Of a DNA stretch of 64,000 nt, positions 61,640-64,000 are shown piece after piece. The DNA comes from Omnitrophica WOR_2 bacterium RIFOXYA2_FULL_38_17 (GTDB lineage Bacteria; Omnitrophota; Gorgyraeia; Zapsychrales; Zapsychraceae). The notes beneath the pieces are model-generated. The model ran no database searches and was not told the DNA's origin. It was given only the letters and a program-made list of their open reading frames with translations. The DNA is taken from contig MHHG01000005.1 of the NCBI GenBank assembly GCA_001805965.1, positions 5,279 to 69,278 on the forward strand. Reading direction: 5' to 3'. Positions within the stretch are counted from its first letter, which is position 1. The number at the start of each line of letters is the position of its first letter. Made by a program: the position numbers and the translations under genes.

Positions 61640-62701
61640 ATGAAAACATTAAATTATGATCAACTAGCTGAAAACAGCATCAGAGAGGTATCTTTGGATA
61701 AAGAAACAGCTCTTTCTATATTATCATCCAAAGATATTGAACTGCTTTCTTTAATTAACGCCACATTTAAAGTAAGAAAAGAGTACTTTGGAAAAACAAT
61801 CTCAATACACATTATAAACAACATTCAAAATGGTTATTGCCCTGAAGACTGCAAATACTGTGCGCAATCAAAGAATTCCAATGCCAAAATAGATTCTTAT
61901 CCTATAAAATCTGATAAGGAAATTATAAACGAAGCTGAAGAAGCTTATCACAAAGGTGCATTTAGGTATTGCATGGTTTCATCGGGAAAATCACATAATG
62001 CTGAACGAATTGAACATATTGCGGCTTTGATAAAAAACATAAAATCATCATATAAAATTGAAGTATGTATTTCAGCAGGGATCCTAGATAAAAATAAATT
62101 GAGCATACTTAAAGCTGCCGGAGCGGATAGGATCAATCATAACATCAACACATCCGAAGCACTTTACCCAAGCATCTGCACTACACACAAATATTCAGAC
62201 AGATTGAACACAATACAGCTTGCCAAGGAAATAGGCCTTCAAGTTTGTAGCGGCATAATTATTGGAATGGGCGAATCCCCTGAAGATATAATTGAAATGG
62301 CTTTAACTCTTAACAAATTAAGAGTAGAATCTATTCCTGTAAATTTCTTTATTCCAATTGAGGGCACCAGAATAGATAACTCATCGCTGCTTGACCCTGA
62401 ATATTGTTTGCGCATTTTATGTCTTTTTAGATTATTGAATCCAAAAGCAGACATAAGAATTGCTGCCGGACGGGAATTGCACTTGAGAGATATGGAAACA
62501 ATGTCCTTTTATATCGCTAATTCCCTGTTCTTAGAAGGGTATTTAAATACGGCAGGATCAAAAAGGAACAAAACATATCAGATGATAAAGGATGCCGGCT
62601 TTACTTTAAACTCTGACATATCCTTAAATGAATTGTTAAAGAAAGAATCAAATTTTATTGAGGCGCATTCAATAGAATTTTCTAAAACTGTTAAGAATTA
62701 G
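61640..62701 (+). CDS. bioB: Biotin synthase-like radical SAM enzyme
   Basis: The motifs YCPEDCKYCAQS, FRYCMVSSG, INHNINTSEALY and VCSGIIIGMGE all align with BioB signature regions. Confidence 0.7.
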   Translation: MKTLNYDQLAENSIREVSLDKETALSILSSKDIELLSLINATFKVRKEYFGKTISIHIINNIQNGYCPEDCKYCAQSKNSNAKIDSYPIKSDKEIINEAEEAYHKGAFRYCMVSSGKSHNAERIEHIAALIKNIKSSYKIEVCISAGILDKNKLSILKAAGADRINHNINTSEALYPSICTTHKYSDRLNTIQLAKEIGLQVCSGIIIGMGESPEDIIEMALTLNKLRVESIPVNFFIPIEGTRIDNSSLLDPEYCLRILCLFRLLNPKADIRIAAGRELHLRDMETMSFYIANSLFLEGYLNTAGSKRNKTYQMIKDAGFTLNSDISLNELLKKESNFIEAHSIEFSKTVKN

Positions 62702-62725
62702 CTCGTCAAGGAGAATGAATAAATC

Positions 62726-63664
62726 ATGGAGAACGTTATTATCATAGGCTCCGGCCCAGCAGCTCACACGGCTGCCATTTATTGTGGCCGTGCAAACTTA
62801 AAGCCTTTACTTTTTGAAGGAATGATGGCGGGAGGCGTTGCAGCCGGTGGGCAACTAACAACAACGACTGAAATAGAGAACTTTCCGGGTTTCCCTGAAG
62901 GCATTGATGGCTCAGCATTAATGTTAAGAATGAGAAAGCAATCTCTCAATTGTGGAGCGACAATCCAAACATCAACTGTAGATAAAGTTGCACTGTCCAA
63001 GAAACCGTTCAAAATATATTCCGGAAAACAGATTTTTAATACAAAATCGCTGATTATAGCAACTGGTGCTACGGCAAAAAGGCTGAATATTCCGGGACAG
63101 GAGAAACTTTGGCAACGAGGTATCTCAGCCTGCGCGGTTTGCGACGGCGCCTTACCAATTTTTAGGGACAAAACCCTGGTTGTAATTGGAGGGGGTGACT
63201 CTGCTATTGAGGAAGCCATCCATTTGACGAAATTTGCATCAATCGTTAAGGTTGTTGTAAGAAGAGATGTTTTAAGAGCTTCCAAAGCAATGCAAGATAA
63301 GCTTTTTAAAAATGATAAAATAGAAGTTCTTTGGAATACAAACGTTCTTGAAGCATATGGGGACAAGGCCTTAAAAGAATTAAAGATATTAAACAACCAG
63401 ACAAATGAAGAGTCAATGATTGAAGCTAGTGGTTTATTCTTTGCCATTGGACACACTCCGAATACAAGTTTTATTGAAAACCAGATTAAAACAGATGCTT
63501 TAGGGTATATCGTCACAAAACCAGGCTCAACTGAAACGGATATTCCTGGTGTTTTTGCTTGTGGCGATGTTCAAGATAGTAAATATAGACAAGCCATTAC
63601 AGCCGCTGGTTCAGGTTGCATGGCTGCTCTGGAAGTTGAGAAATATTTAAATGAAGCAAGTTAA
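62726..63664 (+). CDS. trxB: Thioredoxin-disulfide reductase
   Basis: VIIIGSGPAAHTAAIY is the Rossmann motif. The redox-active site CAVCDG is present, with a second NAD(P)-binding GGGDSA. Confidence 0.9.
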   Translation: MENVIIIGSGPAAHTAAIYCGRANLKPLLFEGMMAGGVAAGGQLTTTTEIENFPGFPEGIDGSALMLRMRKQSLNCGATIQTSTVDKVALSKKPFKIYSGKQIFNTKSLIIATGATAKRLNIPGQEKLWQRGISACAVCDGALPIFRDKTLVVIGGGDSAIEEAIHLTKFASIVKVVVRRDVLRASKAMQDKLFKNDKIEVLWNTNVLEAYGDKALKELKILNNQTNEESMIEASGLFFAIGHTPNTSFIENQIKTDALGYIVTKPGSTETDIPGVFACGDVQDSKYRQAITAAGSGCMAALEVEKYLNEAS

Positions 63665-63665
63665 C

Positions 63666-64000
63666 ATGAACATTAAATTAGCCTTAAAAATATATTTTTC
63701 TACGTTTTATGTAGCATTGACCCTTGCGGCCACTTCATTTGCTTTAGATATAACTGACGAAGCGAAAGATCTGTACATTGAGAATAGAAATAGTGTTTAT
63801 CAAGTTCAGATAGTCAATGTTGCTACCGGTAAAAAATCTACAATCGGTTCAGGCTTTCAAATAAGCAAAGATGGGCATATTGCAACAAATTATCATGTCG
63901 TATCTTTAGCTATAAACTCCCCTGAGAGCTATCGCGTAGAATTCATAAAAAGTGACGACACAGTTGGTTCCGCAAAAATACTCGACATAGATATAGTCCA
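63666..64000 (+). CDS. Trypsin-like serine protease (HtrA/DegP family), 3' partial
   Basis: A signal peptide is followed by the …GSGFQISKDGHIATNYHVV… protease-domain start. The ORF runs off the window end. Confidence 0.6.
   Translation, partial: MNIKLALKIYFSTFYVALTLAATSFALDITDEAKDLYIENRNSVYQVQIVNVATGKKSTIGSGFQISKDGHIATNYHVVSLAINSPESYRVEFIKSDDTVGSAKILDIDIV

Noticed and set aside
62779-63516. 245-aa minus-strand ORF antisense to trxB
   Set aside because: trxB on the + strand has the CAVCDG redox motif and both Rossmann motifs. The antisense ORF is a shadow frame.

Overview
This is a gene-dense, AT-rich (roughly one-third GC by eye) bacterial chromosomal window with mostly + strand genes and only three minus-strand genes. 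Gene content includes an Rnf complex, an NfnAB/SudAB-like ferredoxin:NADP module, TCA-related enzymes and many radical SAM enzymes. This suggests an anaerobe, possibly from a poorly characterised lineage; that is inference only. The window has two parts. (1) Positions 1-23.7 kb form one co-directional, translationally coupled island. It starts with four tandem radical SAM genes: two SPASM-type (the first is 5' truncated by the window edge) and two B12-binding class B. These are followed by a GT-C-like membrane protein, a UbiA-family prenyl-phosphate transferase, an extended SDR, a second polytopic membrane protein, a GT2, a CgeB-like protein, five tandem GT4 glycosyltransferases, WbqC, an NDP-sugar epimerase, an LmbE/PIG-L deacetylase, a DegT aminotransferase and a TMTC-like (PMT_2 + TPR) protein O-mannosyltransferase-like protein. 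I read this as a candidate, apparently undescribed, lipid-linked glycan or protein-glycosylation system with a radical SAM modification front end. (2) Positions 23.7-64 kb hold housekeeping and energy genes, as follows. They encode citrate synthase, leucyl aminopeptidase, class II fumarase and a nitroreductase. A PilZ-RseC-rnfBCDGEA-nfnAB redox supercluster follows, then an orphan AmmeMemoRadiSam radical SAM and exonuclease III. Next comes an ECF sigma factor whose anti-sigma partner is fused to a large extracytoplasmic VWA domain, and a third B12-radical SAM on the minus strand. The remaining genes are acnA-leuCD-aroC, an SDR, a Na/Pi cotransporter, an MBL hydrolase, thiC, a Gly/Ser-linker membrane protein, a DUF4190/pilin-like chimera, an orphan 609-aa minus-strand protein, bioB, trxB and a 3'-partial HtrA-like protease. 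I saw no rRNA, tRNA, CRISPR array, transposase or integrase. Several sigma70-like promoters, one ECF-type promoter motif and intrinsic terminators are visible directly in the sequence.
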